Source of the DNA: the human T2T-CHM13v2.0 reference genome, Homo sapiens
Reading direction: 5' to 3' (one strand)
Assembly: GCF_009914755.1 (NCBI RefSeq)
Contig: NC_060941.1
DNA: 64,000 bases
Shown here: positions 43,768-56,916 of the stretch, piece after piece
Layout of the letters: every line of letters begins with the position of its first letter
Position numbering within the stretch: the stretch's first letter is position 1
The notes under the pieces: generated by a model
Databases searched by the model: none
Told to the model about the DNA's origin: nothing
The model's input: the letters and a program-made list of their open reading frames with translations, nothing else
Made by a program: the position numbers and the translations under genes

Positions 43768-46519
43768 GTGAAAGTTGATTCTTTAACATCTTTAAGTCTG
43801 GAGGACTAAGTCTAAGGAATTTGCATGATGTTTTTCCTTCCTCTTCTACACTGCTGCTGCTGCTTTTTCCCCCCAATAAATTTTCACTAAAGCCTCTGCA
43901 AGTCCCTTGAAACATAACTTTAATAGAGCTGTAGGACATTAGTAGACGTTTGCTACTAATCGGCTAATAGGCTTTAGGAAGGGCAGGAGGCTAATCAGTA
44001 GTTGGTTCACAGTCTCTCTTAAATATATTATGAAAAACTGAGTATGGTGAGTTTCCATATTAATTTCAAAGTAACAGGAAATTTCTCTTCCCTGTCAGGG
44101 TATCTGGACCATAATAGGACTGTCATAATCCTTGAAGTAAATTAAAACAGCCTCTGGTTTTACTTTGTGAGCTTGCCTGACAGTTGTCGAATTTATATAT
44201 GTATATATACATGCCCTAAAAGGCTTTTTGGGGTTTTTTTTTTTTTGTATTGAAGGACTGTGATCCAGTTTCTGATCTCTTGATTCTTACTAATTTTTTG
44301 CTGAAAGTAGATACGAGAGATACTAGCTGCTTCCGAAGAGACTTTCCTCATGTTTCTCCAGGTGTCCAGTTCTTATGGTGCTAGTCCATTTTTAAGAGGA
44401 ATCAAAACCTTTTTAATCATGAGAGCCAAGCTTGCTATAATTGTTGCTAAGCAACATGAATTATTTTTAACAAAGTATTAACTTCTACTTTCTGTAATAA
44501 GGCATACCTCTGAAGCTACCTAAAATTTGCTCTCCTATTTATCAGTTGGCTTGTCCAAGGATGTCAAATTCAGGCACCTTTTGGTTGCTGCTTCCTTCAT
44601 TGGCTTGTCTCCATCCCAATATAAATGAAACAAACTTACGTCTGTTATCAAATTGTGGTTAGAAAAGGGTGGGAAGGTAAAGGAGAGTTGAAACAAATTT
44701 AAAAGAATTTGGGTGGGGGACAATGCCTTGGGATTATGTTGAACCAAACTGGAATCACCACTGGAACTTAGGGCAAACCTGAGTAAAATGCATTGTGTGT
44801 GAGACCCTTCAGCAGCTAGTAAGCAAGGCAGTTAGAAAGCGTGTGTGTGAAAAACAGGTAATTGAACTGCAGTGTTATGCATTGTTTTAAATGAAGCATG
44901 TACAACAGTCATTGCAATTACATCATACTATTTTTGAAACTCTTATAGCATTGCTGTGGGCTGTGTGTGTTTCTTGAGAGCCTGTATAGCAAGTCATCTT
45001 CAGACCTCACTTCTTGCTTCAGTACTTTTGCCTTTTTTTCATGCACACATACACCAAAATAACTGACTGCATGTTACTTTTCCTCTGCAGCATATTGCAG
45101 TCTTTGTGGAAAAGCCTTTTACATTTTAGTGAATTTTCAGTAGTACAGATGGAACTGAATTCATTGACATGCTTACCTGTAATTTTTCTTTTTAAATCCA
45201 AGGATCAGAAACTTTAGTTACAGCTCTTAACAAAAGCTTGTGTTCTTAAAAGACTTCTCTGCTTTTTTTTTGAGCAATCTAAATTGGATCAGTGGAAACA
45301 AAAATTGAAAGTCCCTGTGCCAGAGGCTGTCCCATTATATAGAAGAATCAAACTTTTTGCTTAGCTTGATGCTATTCCTTCAGAATTCTTCCCCCTACGC
45401 CCAAACTTCCTATGTGTATGCCAGGGCATTGTGATATTGCCAGCTCTTCTAAGTCTTCCATGTGTTTCTCTAATAGGACTTCTGTGTTCAACATCTGATT
45501 CAGACCTTAACTTTTAAACACATGTTCACTTCAGATTCTTTTCCCTGGAAGTCCGGAAATGTATTATGCAGTGGTGGCTTTTTGGTTGTTTCATTTTTCT
45601 TCTTTTTTCTTAGAAGTTACTAATATACAGGCATCCATGTATTTTTCTTTATAACTTCTGTAGCTCTTTCTTGAATACTGGTTAGTTAGCAAAACCCCAT
45701 CTGATCCTTGATGGCACAGAGCTGTGCTTTAAGTTCTATAACTAATAATTTTTGTTCTAAGTGTGGATGCCAAAAAATGGACATTTCATATGGTACTTAT
45801 ACTACATAATAGTCTTTAATTTGATATTAGGGTAATTTGTAACACATCATTTAGACTATAAAGTAGGATAATAGTGTATAAAAGTAAACTAATCCATCTT
45901 CCTAGGCTAGAAATTAAACCACATTTCATCTGAAGGAGCCTACTTAGGCTTACTTTTCTCAAACTTTCAGTTCCCTAACAAATTAAGATGGATTAGACTC
46001 ATATTTATGGTATTTAATATGAAACAATTAAATATAAAACAGTGCCCTAACCTTAATGGCCTATGTGAAGACTGAAAGATACTTTTTTAATAGTTTCAAA
46101 CAGAAATGAGGTGCTGCCTTAATCTTTTTAGGACCTGGTTTTTAGAAACTTTTCCACTGAAGTCTACAATTTTTTTTTTTGAGTGATTTTTCATAATTTG
46201 CCTTTTTGAAGAACATGCAGTGAGCATTCATAAAGTGTTTCCCCCTGCACCTTGGCCCCCCGTCTCATGCAGCACATTTATGACATTGAAAACCACCAGT
46301 AATAGATAACATTGAGATTTGAAATTTAGTTTTACTTAGGTATAATGACAGACCAAGTACAAGGCTTTGGTTGAGAGACCAGCTTTTAAATATTGAAAGA
46401 CAAATATAGTGTAAAAGGCGCAATGGAATTTGTATAGTGAAGGAGATTCTCTAGTCCCAGGGTTGTAATGTCACTTCTGTCTAATTCATTACAGAATTAC
46501 AGAATCAAATCATGTTAGC

Positions 46520-46680
46520 CCTAGAAGAAACTGCAGATCATTTTGTTCAATCTTCTCATTATATAGGAAAGGAAATTTGAGGGCCAGTGCAATGGTTTGC
46601 CAAGGTCACACAACTAGTTAGTGGAAGGATCCAGGCATTCTAATTCCTTTCTTTCACTAATACATTTGGACTGCTCTACA
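46520..46680 (-). mobile_element. MIR fragment
   Basis: ggaaatttgagggcc...ttgccaaggtcacacaactagttagtgg. Confidence 0.6.
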
Positions 46681-47366
46681 GAATTACTTCTGTCTGATAC
46701 TATCCACTTTGAAGAGTAGCTAGCATATAGTAGCCATTTACTTTTGGCTCAATTAAAAGCAAACATTTTTGGGACAAAATCAGGCTTTCCTGATTACTTC
46801 TTAGATAACAGAGCCCACACAGTATTAAAACATGCAGCCTTTCTTTATGCAAAAAGATTGAATATGGAGCCACTTGAATCTTAAACTTCAGTCTGCAGCT
46901 ATAACCAATATCATCAGAAGTTATACACAATTGGCAAAAGAATAGCTTATTCTGCCCAAATACTTGTCCAGTCACTAGGATCATTTCACTTTTTTGAATA
47001 CCATTTGCTTTGGGGAGGGAAGTATTGCCAGACCGTGAATTCATTATTACCTCTGATCAGTTTTAAACTTCATTTGAAAAGTGGTTCCTTCTCGTTTTCT
47101 CCCTCCCTCAGGCTGCATCCTAGCATGCCCAGTTTTAGTCTGGCATGAGCTTTTATGGCATTTTGAATCCCTCCTTCCTGAGGGTTTATAATGACAGTGC
47201 TGAAAACCACCTGGACTGAAGTATGAACATTGCCATTGAATTTGAGGGGGACTGAGAATGTTCTTTCTAGTCTGTTTTATTTTGACAGAATTTAACATAC
47301 TAAGGCTTTTCCACTTTCTGCCATAAACCTAGGTTTATAATACTTTTGGGGTGCTAATTAACATGA

Positions 47367-47471
<105 letters not shown>

Positions 47472-48088
47472 TAACCTCAAAAAATTCATTAGACAAATAT
47501 TTAATTACTTAGAGACTGTGCCTCAAAATAGAATACAACAAGCTTCTAAAGTGCAAAAGGCTTTCTAAGAAATACTGCTCTCTACTGTCTGATTTTTTTT
47601 CTGAGAAGTCATAAAGCAGGTGTTGATATTATTCACTAAAATAATCTTAAATACAAGAAAACTCAAAAATAGTCATTTAAAATCATAACATGAATCTTTC
47701 CTATCATCTGGTCCCTCACGCATTACCTGCTCATAAATTACTGAAAAAGAAATATTGATGAATTCCATTTTCAAAAGAGCAAAAGGTGAGAGAACATGCC
47801 AAGGCTGTCTTTAGTATGCTTTACATAAAGAATACATCCTCATTTTAAATTCTAACTGGGGCAGAGAACTGGGTAGAGTTTCCATTTGAGAACTTTCCAG
47901 AGAGATAGGATCTTCAAACTCTCAAGTGAATATTTAAGACAATTTCATGTCTTCTTAAACCTACATGTCTGAATTACTGCTCCTTTCCATTTCATAGTTG
48001 GTGAACAGATTCATTTGAACAATCACTTTGAAGAGTATAGGTAGAAGCACAATAACCAGGTGAGGGAACATAAAAATATGACCATTAT

Positions 48089-48477
<389 letters not shown>

Positions 48478-48782
48478 TTACTGTAGATAAAAAGTACTTT
48501 AGGAATTTAGAGGACAGGATAGTTTTGATAAAGTGGGTTCTTAGAGATGGGAGCAAGATGTTTGACATGTTTGAGATAGGAAACACATCAAGTCCTTAAA
48601 GGTGAAAAAGACATAGGAAACACAGTAGGAACAAAAAAAAGATGGGTGTAATACTTTGGGGTTACCTACTGAATTTGGCTTGCCTTCAGGGTGTTTTCAT
48701 GGGTAGTTGAAAATTGGGTTGGAATTTCAAGTAGATGTCATTATCAAGATTAGGGATGACTTTTTAAAAACTGGTTTCTGTT

Positions 48783-49176
<394 letters not shown>

Positions 49177-49392
49177 CTAGGTTTACACTGTAGTGGGATG
49201 TTAAAAATACTTTTGTAGGGGTAGAGAGAGGTGTTACTTGTTTTCGCTCTCTAAGCCAAGTTCTCTACAGGTCATGTTTTCTGTATATGGCCAACAACTA
49301 TTTAAACTTTATAAGAAAGAGTGTCAACATAGTATTTGATAGAGGGTGTATGTTCTAATGTATTTCATACCTAAAGAATGTCTGAATGTGTC

Positions 49393-49688
49393 TTTTTTTT
49401 TCCCCCAAGATGGGGTCTCGTCTGTCACCCAGGCTGGAGTGCAGTGGCGTGATCTCGGCTCACTGCAACCTTTGCCTCCTGGGTTCAAGTGATTCTCCTG
49501 CCTCAACCTGCTGAGTAGCTGGGATTATAAGCATGCACCACCACGCCCGGCTAATTTTTTTTGTATTTTTAGTAGAGACGGGGTTTCACCATATCGGCCA
49601 CGCTGGTGTCCAACTCCTGACCTAATGATCCACCCTCCTCGGCCTCCCACGGTGCTGGGATTACAGGCGTGAGCCACCGCGCCCGGCC
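49393..49688 (-). mobile_element. AluS with TSD aatgtgtctt
   Basis: Alu consensus. Confidence 0.92.
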
Positions 49689-49835
49689 CAAATGTGTCTT
49701 ATTTTTAATTTAACTGCTGTCTCTAAATTAGTACTGGATCTTCTATAAATGAATTTGGTTTCATTGCCATTTAGACATGTTTAAATCAGAAATTTAAATG
49801 TAACTCTAAAAGTTATGTTAAAAACATGTCATTTA

Positions 49836-50110
49836 GACCAAGCATGGTGGCTCACACCTATAATCCCAGCACTTTGGGAGGGCAAGATGGGCTGATCACT
49901 TGTGGCCAGGAGTTCAATACCAGCCTGGCCAACGTGGCAAAACCCTGTCTCTACTAAAAATACAAAAATTAGCTGGACATGGTGGCGCACACCCATAATC
50001 CCAGCTACTCGGGAGGCTGAGGCACGAGAATCACTTGAACCCAGGAGGCAGAGGTTTCAGTGAGCCGAGATTACACAACTGCACTCCAGCCTAGGCAACA
50101 GAGCCAGATT
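49836..50110 (+). mobile_element. AluS
   Basis: Alu consensus. Confidence 0.9.
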
Positions 50111-50385
50111 CTTTTTTTTTTTTTTTTTTAAAAAGTCTTTTAAAAAATTCTTTTATTGTGCTGATTTTATTGTGTCATGAAGTGTAATATGCATGTAGGT
50201 ATGTGTCAAGTATACAGAGTGTCAGGCATACGGTGTTCAGTCATAAGCAGTTCTGGCCTTTGGCCCTGCACTGTTTGTTGGCTTTTTAGGTAGGAACCTT
50301 CTTAGAGTAAGACTGTCATGCTAAAATTGTAGCAATCAAATGTGCCCCCCATACAACTCATTTGAGGTTGAGATTATGTTGCTAG

Positions 50386-50601
<216 letters not shown>

Positions 50602-51492
50602 GATGAAGCGCTGATCCTGTAGTCACCTATTTTCGTACTGAAACATCGTCTTTACCCACTTCTCAGTTTATAATGGGGGAAAACAGGCAACGTGTTCTTG
50701 TAACCTTTATTTCATGAAGGACTTCTTTTTGTTTCTAACTATAAACTTGGATCACCTATGTTAAAACCTTATTTCACATTCCACATCATTTTAGAATTTA
50801 TTTTCGAAGGGGAATAGTTTCAATGTTTTATTCACTTGGGCTTTTTTTCTTCCCCCTCTTTCTTTAAAGAACTGCTCAATATTCAATCTGTTGTGAAGAA
50901 CCTGATTTGCACTCTGTAGTGTTTAAAGAAACAAAGAAACTCTAATATTGAATCTCTTAAATTTAGTGTATGTAAACAGCTTACAAATACGTATTGTCTA
51001 AATGCATTTAAATCTGTTTTATTCAAAGAAAAGCTAAAGCAAAAACACTGGCATATGACCATGCAAGACTGTCAGTGCCAACAAAGACAACACTAATCAG
51101 CACATCGTACACTGGATTGCAGTGCTTCCCAGATTATTGAAAAATGTTACAGACAACTTGCCTGATTTTTAAATGAGCGTAAAAGGCCCTCTAACCTATG
51201 CAGGTTTCCCCATTATGCATATAGAAAATGCTAGTATGTTTTGCTCACTTCATATGTAACAGGTGCCCTTATGTTGTGCTGTATCCTGTGCTTTTTCTGT
51301 GGGACCATTCCATTCAGGAGCAAAGAGCACCATGATTCCAATCTTGTGTGTGTTTACTAACCCTTCCCTGAGGTTTGTGTATGTTGGATATTGTGGTGTT
51401 TTAGATCACTGAGTGTACAGAAGAGAGAAATTCAAACAAAATATTGCTGTTCTTCAGTTTTGTTTGTGGAATTTGAAATTACTCAAATTTAA

Positions 51493-51498
51493 AATAAA
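51493..51498 (+). terminator. Candidate CLTC poly(A) signal (proximal)
   Basis: AATAAA in the 3'UTR. Confidence 0.55.
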
Positions 51499-51838
51499 TT
51501 ACTGGACTGTGGAAATAACATAGAATTGAAGTTTTAATTAAATACCACTCAAACGAAAAGAACAGTAGTTTTTGTAGTTTTATATTGGATACTGAGGCAT
51601 TAGGGAGGCATGAAAGGAAGAGGAATGAGGATTGAGACATGTGAAGACATTGTGCATTATATCAATGTGCATTCCTGTAGTTCATTAACAAGGTACATGC
51701 AATAGTCTAAAGAACCAGAGTCACTACTATAGTGGCTTAACATTTAATCTGTCTCCAATATTTTAACCAAGTGACACCGAGGTTTTTATCGAAGCATTTC
51801 ACTTAAATGAACAAATCATGGCTGTTATATTAACTTGA

Positions 51839-51844
51839 AATAAA
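51839..51844 (+). terminator. Candidate CLTC poly(A) signal (second)
   Basis: AATAAA followed by a U-rich tract. Confidence 0.55.
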
Positions 51845-52123
51845 ATATATTTAAACATGTAGTTAACATGCTCTTTCTCATCATGAATTATAAAGGTGCC
51901 CAAATTATGGGTATCTTGATTTTTTTCAAAAATTGGTTGTGTGAATCCAGCTCTTGCTTATGGCTGAGAATGTTCCTAAAGTTCATTTCACTATCCCTTA
52001 ATCCTCAATAGCTACACATACCCCCTTGCCTAGTTAGTCTTGCACTGCTTTACAACTCTCTTAGGCAAATTACCTAACATAAGCTCCACAGAAGAGTTTT
52101 TTAAAACTTAAAATCCCTGTCCC

Positions 52124-52428
52124 ACCAGGTGTGGTGGCTCATGCCTGTAATCCCAGCACTTTGGGAGGCTGAGGCAGGCGGATTGCTTGAGGCCAGGAGT
52201 TTGAGACAAGCCTGACCAACATGGTGACTCCATCTCTACTAAAAATAAAAAATCAGCCAGGTGTGATGGTGGATGCCTATAAGATCCTAGCTGCTACTCA
52301 GGAGGCAGGAGGCTGAGGCATGAGAATCACTTGAACCTGTGAGGCAAAGGTTGTAGTGAGCCAAGATCACGTCACTGCACTCCATCCTGGGTGACAGAAT
52401 GAGACTCTTGTCTCAAAAAACAAAAAAA
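52124..52428 (+). mobile_element. AluS
   Basis: Alu consensus. Confidence 0.9.
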
Positions 52429-52439
52429 CCTATTTAGTT

Positions 52440-52662
52440 TCATCCAGGACATTAAGTGAAAGTGTTTAATGTGAGTGCAGGTCAGTGAAGAATACAATGG
52501 TGCCCCTGCTTTGATTTGTGGGAGGTGCCATCAGTTTTCCCCACCACTGCTTTTGCACCCTCAGTGCAAATATCAACACAGAGAAAAAAAAAATAATAGT
52601 ATTATGAAAACATTGACTCTGTGGAGACCCTGTGGGTTCTGCAGAGTATACTTTGAAAACTA
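52440..52662 (+). mobile_element. hAT-Charlie fragment (MER119/Charlie7-like)
   Basis: ttttgcaccctcagtgcaaatatcaacacag...tagtattatgaaaa resembles the recalled consensus. Confidence 0.55.
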
Positions 52663-54075
52663 TAAGATTATGAGTTCTATAAAATACCAAGTACAGATGA
52701 ACTAGAAAACAAGCATATATCCACAATTACCAGAATTTTCATAGTATTCCTTTTAGTAGATATGCCATGACAGTTACTTAGCCACCCCATGCCATCCTGT
52801 TGGGAATGCCACTACCTTTGAATTTGGAGCCATCAGTCTATCTGAGGCAAACCTCAGAAATTACCTGAGCCAGAATCATGCACTTAGCACTGAGTTCAAC
52901 TCAGTCTTAACGTTGCATTTTGTTGCATCACTTTTGCAGCCAGTAAACATTCTGTTTAGAAATAGTTGCTATTGTGGCATCATTCACAGTTGCAATTTTT
53001 CTCCTGTGCTGTCATATGCCTGTGCGAAGTGTATTAAATGAATCAAATATTAGAAATTTCAAGGCTGTCTTTAGTGTTCTGCCCACAATACTCCACCAAT
53101 GACCTTAGACCTTGAGATGGTGCTATAACGCTGCTTATATTGCAGTTAACCATAGAGAGGTGGAGCCACTTAAAATGGGCCTATTACCAAAATTCTCCCT
53201 GGCATCATTACAGTTCTTGGGGATACACTGATTTTAGAAATTACTGTCAGTATCCTCCTAAAAGAAGGCTTAAAGAAAAATAGTTTCTAACAAGATGACT
53301 ATCAGGAAGCTATGTGGCTTGGGGAGTTGGGACCCTCTGCCTCATATTCTGGGTAACTGGTATAACATAGTAATTATTAGGATTGTATCAAGTGTATCTA
53401 AAGATCAAAAGGGAAAAAAGGCACCCTTAATTGTCAAAGTTAGTTCTAGGAAAAAATACTAGCAGGGATGACAAACTACGTTCACTTTACAGTTACCATA
53501 AATTCTTACTTGGGCCCACCCATTTCCATCTGTTAAGGTCCATAAGGTTACTCAAGTTTCAGTGGCTTCATTGTTACAAGAAAGGGGGGAAGTGAGAAAC
53601 TTTAATAGGCTGTGATTTAGAACCACTGCTGATTAACCTTTGGCCAGTATGGGTCAGGGAAGGTGAACATGAAACACTGCACAGTAGGTTGTATCAATGC
53701 TATAAAACTCAACCTGGAGACAAAATTTAAACAGGTTATAAACCATGGGACTCCATTGAGGGTGGCTGTATCAGTCACCCAAAAAGTGACAGCAGGGGAA
53801 CAAACTGCAGCTTGCCTCTAGTGGGAATACCCTTGAACCTCGACCTCCAGGGGGACAGCAGCATAGTCTTGGGGAAGGGCTACCAACACAAAGGGACCTA
53901 ACCATGTATAGGGAAATGCTGTTTCCTCCATTTTAATCCAATTGTATCATGACCTGTTTCTCTCATCTTAAATATCTGTTTCAGCCTCTCACTTGAACCA
54001 CCAAGACCATTTAACCAACAGTACTGTTTTTAAGCCCAAGATGACAACTGCCAACCATAGAACATGGGAATAGGT

Positions 54076-54081
54076 TTTATT
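54076..54081 (-). terminator. PTRH2 poly(A) signal
   Basis: TTTATT on + (AATAAA on -), about 110 nt after the stop. Confidence 0.7.
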
Positions 54082-54190
54082 TTCATCTCAAGAACATTTA
54101 AGTTGGGTGAAGAAATTCAGCTTTTGTTGTTAGAATCTGACAGGCTTCAAACACTTGTGATGGAGGGGTTGTTGTCATATCAAAGTCCAC

Positions 54191-54790
<600 letters not shown>

Positions 54791-55362
54791 TTATCAGAGA
54801 AACATTTTGACTATACACTTAATGGTCATCCAGAAAAAAGGCAAAACACACCTTTGATCTTATGCCTGCACCCTGTTTCCAACACCCTCTTGCCCACCAC
54901 CAGTGTACTAGAAAAGATTCAAGCATCCACATGAAACAGTTTAGGTCATTTTGAATCTTGATGTAAACGAAGTTGCATAAAGTTCAAAAACTCTATTCCT
55001 CAGTCTTCCCTTAGTCTTGTGGAGATGTTCCGTTTTACCAAGATGCCTAAGATTTAAAGAAACCAAAAATAACCCTTTCCTGGAATACAGTGCTAATCGG
55101 TGTTTTCACAATGCAGTGGTTCTCAGTGGAGATGGTATCAAATCAGTTACCCTCAGAAGAACCTCACTGTCACATTAATGGGCCTGGAGTGAGGTGCACT
55201 ACTGAAATTTACTAAGCCTGAGCAAGGATGCTAAAAACCTTACAAAATGAAGAGTTGTCCCATTGGACGTGAGTGCAGCTGAAAAACTTAATAACTGAGA
55301 TGAGAACTCAACATCATTTTACTTAAGAACACAAAATATTTTTTGCATAGTTTTACTATGTA

Positions 55363-56916
55363 CAGGTGCTCCTCAATTTTCCATGGGGTTATATCCCAAT
55401 TAACCCAATTAATTGAAAATACTGTAAGCCAAAAATGCATTTAATACACCTACAGAATATCATGACTTAGCCTAGCCTACCTTAAATGTGCTCAGAACAC
55501 TTACATTAGCCTACAGTTGGACAAAAATCATCTAACACGAGGCTCTTTTATAATAGTGTTGAATATCTCCTGTAATTTATTGAATACTGTAAGTGGAAAA
55601 CAATGGTTGTATGGGTACTCACCATTAATTTACACAGCTGAAAGCACAGTGGTCCTGAAAAATGTTTGAAGCACTGAAATAGAATTAATTGCTGGATGAT
55701 GGGGATGCAACAGGGTCCTCAATTTCTCTCTCTTCTGATGAACATCGAGAATAGGTGGTAGAAGGCATTGGGACATCAACACTAGTTGATGGTTTAGCAA
55801 GCATAGTGTTGTTCTTCAGGAAGATACCAAGTTTTGACCGTACAGCTTGTTTCTTCTTTTCACTACATATTTCTCTGTAGCAAGCAAGAGCATCCTGTAT
55901 CTGCCTGTCAACTGTGGCGAATCTCTCGTAATTGACGTCCATTTCTTCTAACGTGTAGGCCACTGCTGATAGCAGCAAATGCCTCGGCCAGTTTCTTTGC
56001 TGTGAACTTTCTAGGTGCCGTGGGTGTAACTTCTTCCACTGCCTCAACGCCTTTACCTCTTTCTTCCTCCAGTGCAATCAGCTCCTTATTGCAAAGATCT
56101 TTAGCCATAATTATCCTATGCAGCTGTTCCTTAAAAGCTATGGCACCTTCATTACCAGCACGTGCTGCCTCACCAGTGATCTTTACATTGTGAAAATTAT
56201 GACGCCTTTTGAAGCGCTGGAACCATCCATGACTTGCTTTAAACATTTGTGTATATGTAGGATCACTGGCACGGTCTTTTAGCATATTAAAAAGACTTCT
56301 TGCCTTAGCCTGGATCATCAGTAGGCTAAGTGGTATACGCTTCTGTATCTGGTCTTCCATCCACATAACAAGTAATTTTTCCATATCATCAATTGGTCCA
56401 GCCCTTTTCTTTGTGATGACAGTGGATTTAACTGATGCTGACGATTTCGCTGCATCACTGATTTGCTTCTTATCCCTTAAGATGGTTGAAATCGTGGATT
56501 GCCAAAGTCCTAACTCACGTGCAATGGCCATTACTGGCTTGCCACCTTCATGCTGGGCAATTATCTTGAGTTTCATTTCAAGAGTAATTGCCTTCCTCTT
56601 CTTCATCTCACCAGAAACAGGAGACACTGATGGACATTTTGTAGACATGATGGAATGTGAAAACACAAAACACAATATCCAAAAAAGCTGACAACACAGT
56701 ACACGGTAGAGGATGGGTTGTTGATTCCCGTGATCACATGGGTGACTGGGAGCTGTGGCTCGCTGCCGCTGCCCAGCATCACAAGAGTGTACTGTACCAC
56801 ATTATCACTAGGCCAGGAAAAGATCAAAATGCAAAACTCGAAGTACAGTTTCTACTGAATGGGTGTCTCTTTCACACCATCCTAAAGTTGAAAAATCCTA
56901 AGTCGGAGACTGTCCA
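55363..56916 (-). mobile_element. Tigger5 (MER47-family, TcMar-Tigger) DNA transposon, internally deleted, in the PTRH2 intron
   Basis: TA flanks at 55361-62 and 56917-18; ends match the MER47 termini (caggtgctcctc...; ...taagtcggagactgtcca); pogo/Tigger transposase-like translation inside. Confidence 0.88.
55908..56648 (-). other. Open 246-codon Tigger transposase-derived ORF (CENP-B N-terminal/psq HTH + Tc5-type HTH, no DDE domain); coding status unknown
   Basis: MSTKCP...KKRKAITLEMKLKII...IARELGLWQSTISTILRDK...DMEKLLVMWMEDQ...FKASHGWFQRFKRRH; ATG context ccATCATGt. Confidence 0.8.

Larger units (their letters stand above)
50602..51865 (+). other. CLTC: CLTC 3'UTR (proximal part; longer isoforms may extend toward ~53.8 kb)
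   Basis: Follows the stop codon; AU-rich and repeat-free; AATAAA at 51493 and 51839. Confidence 0.8.

Noticed and set aside
46700-47044. 114-aa antisense ORF in a CLTC intron
   Set aside because: No recognisable motif or exon structure; compatible with chance.
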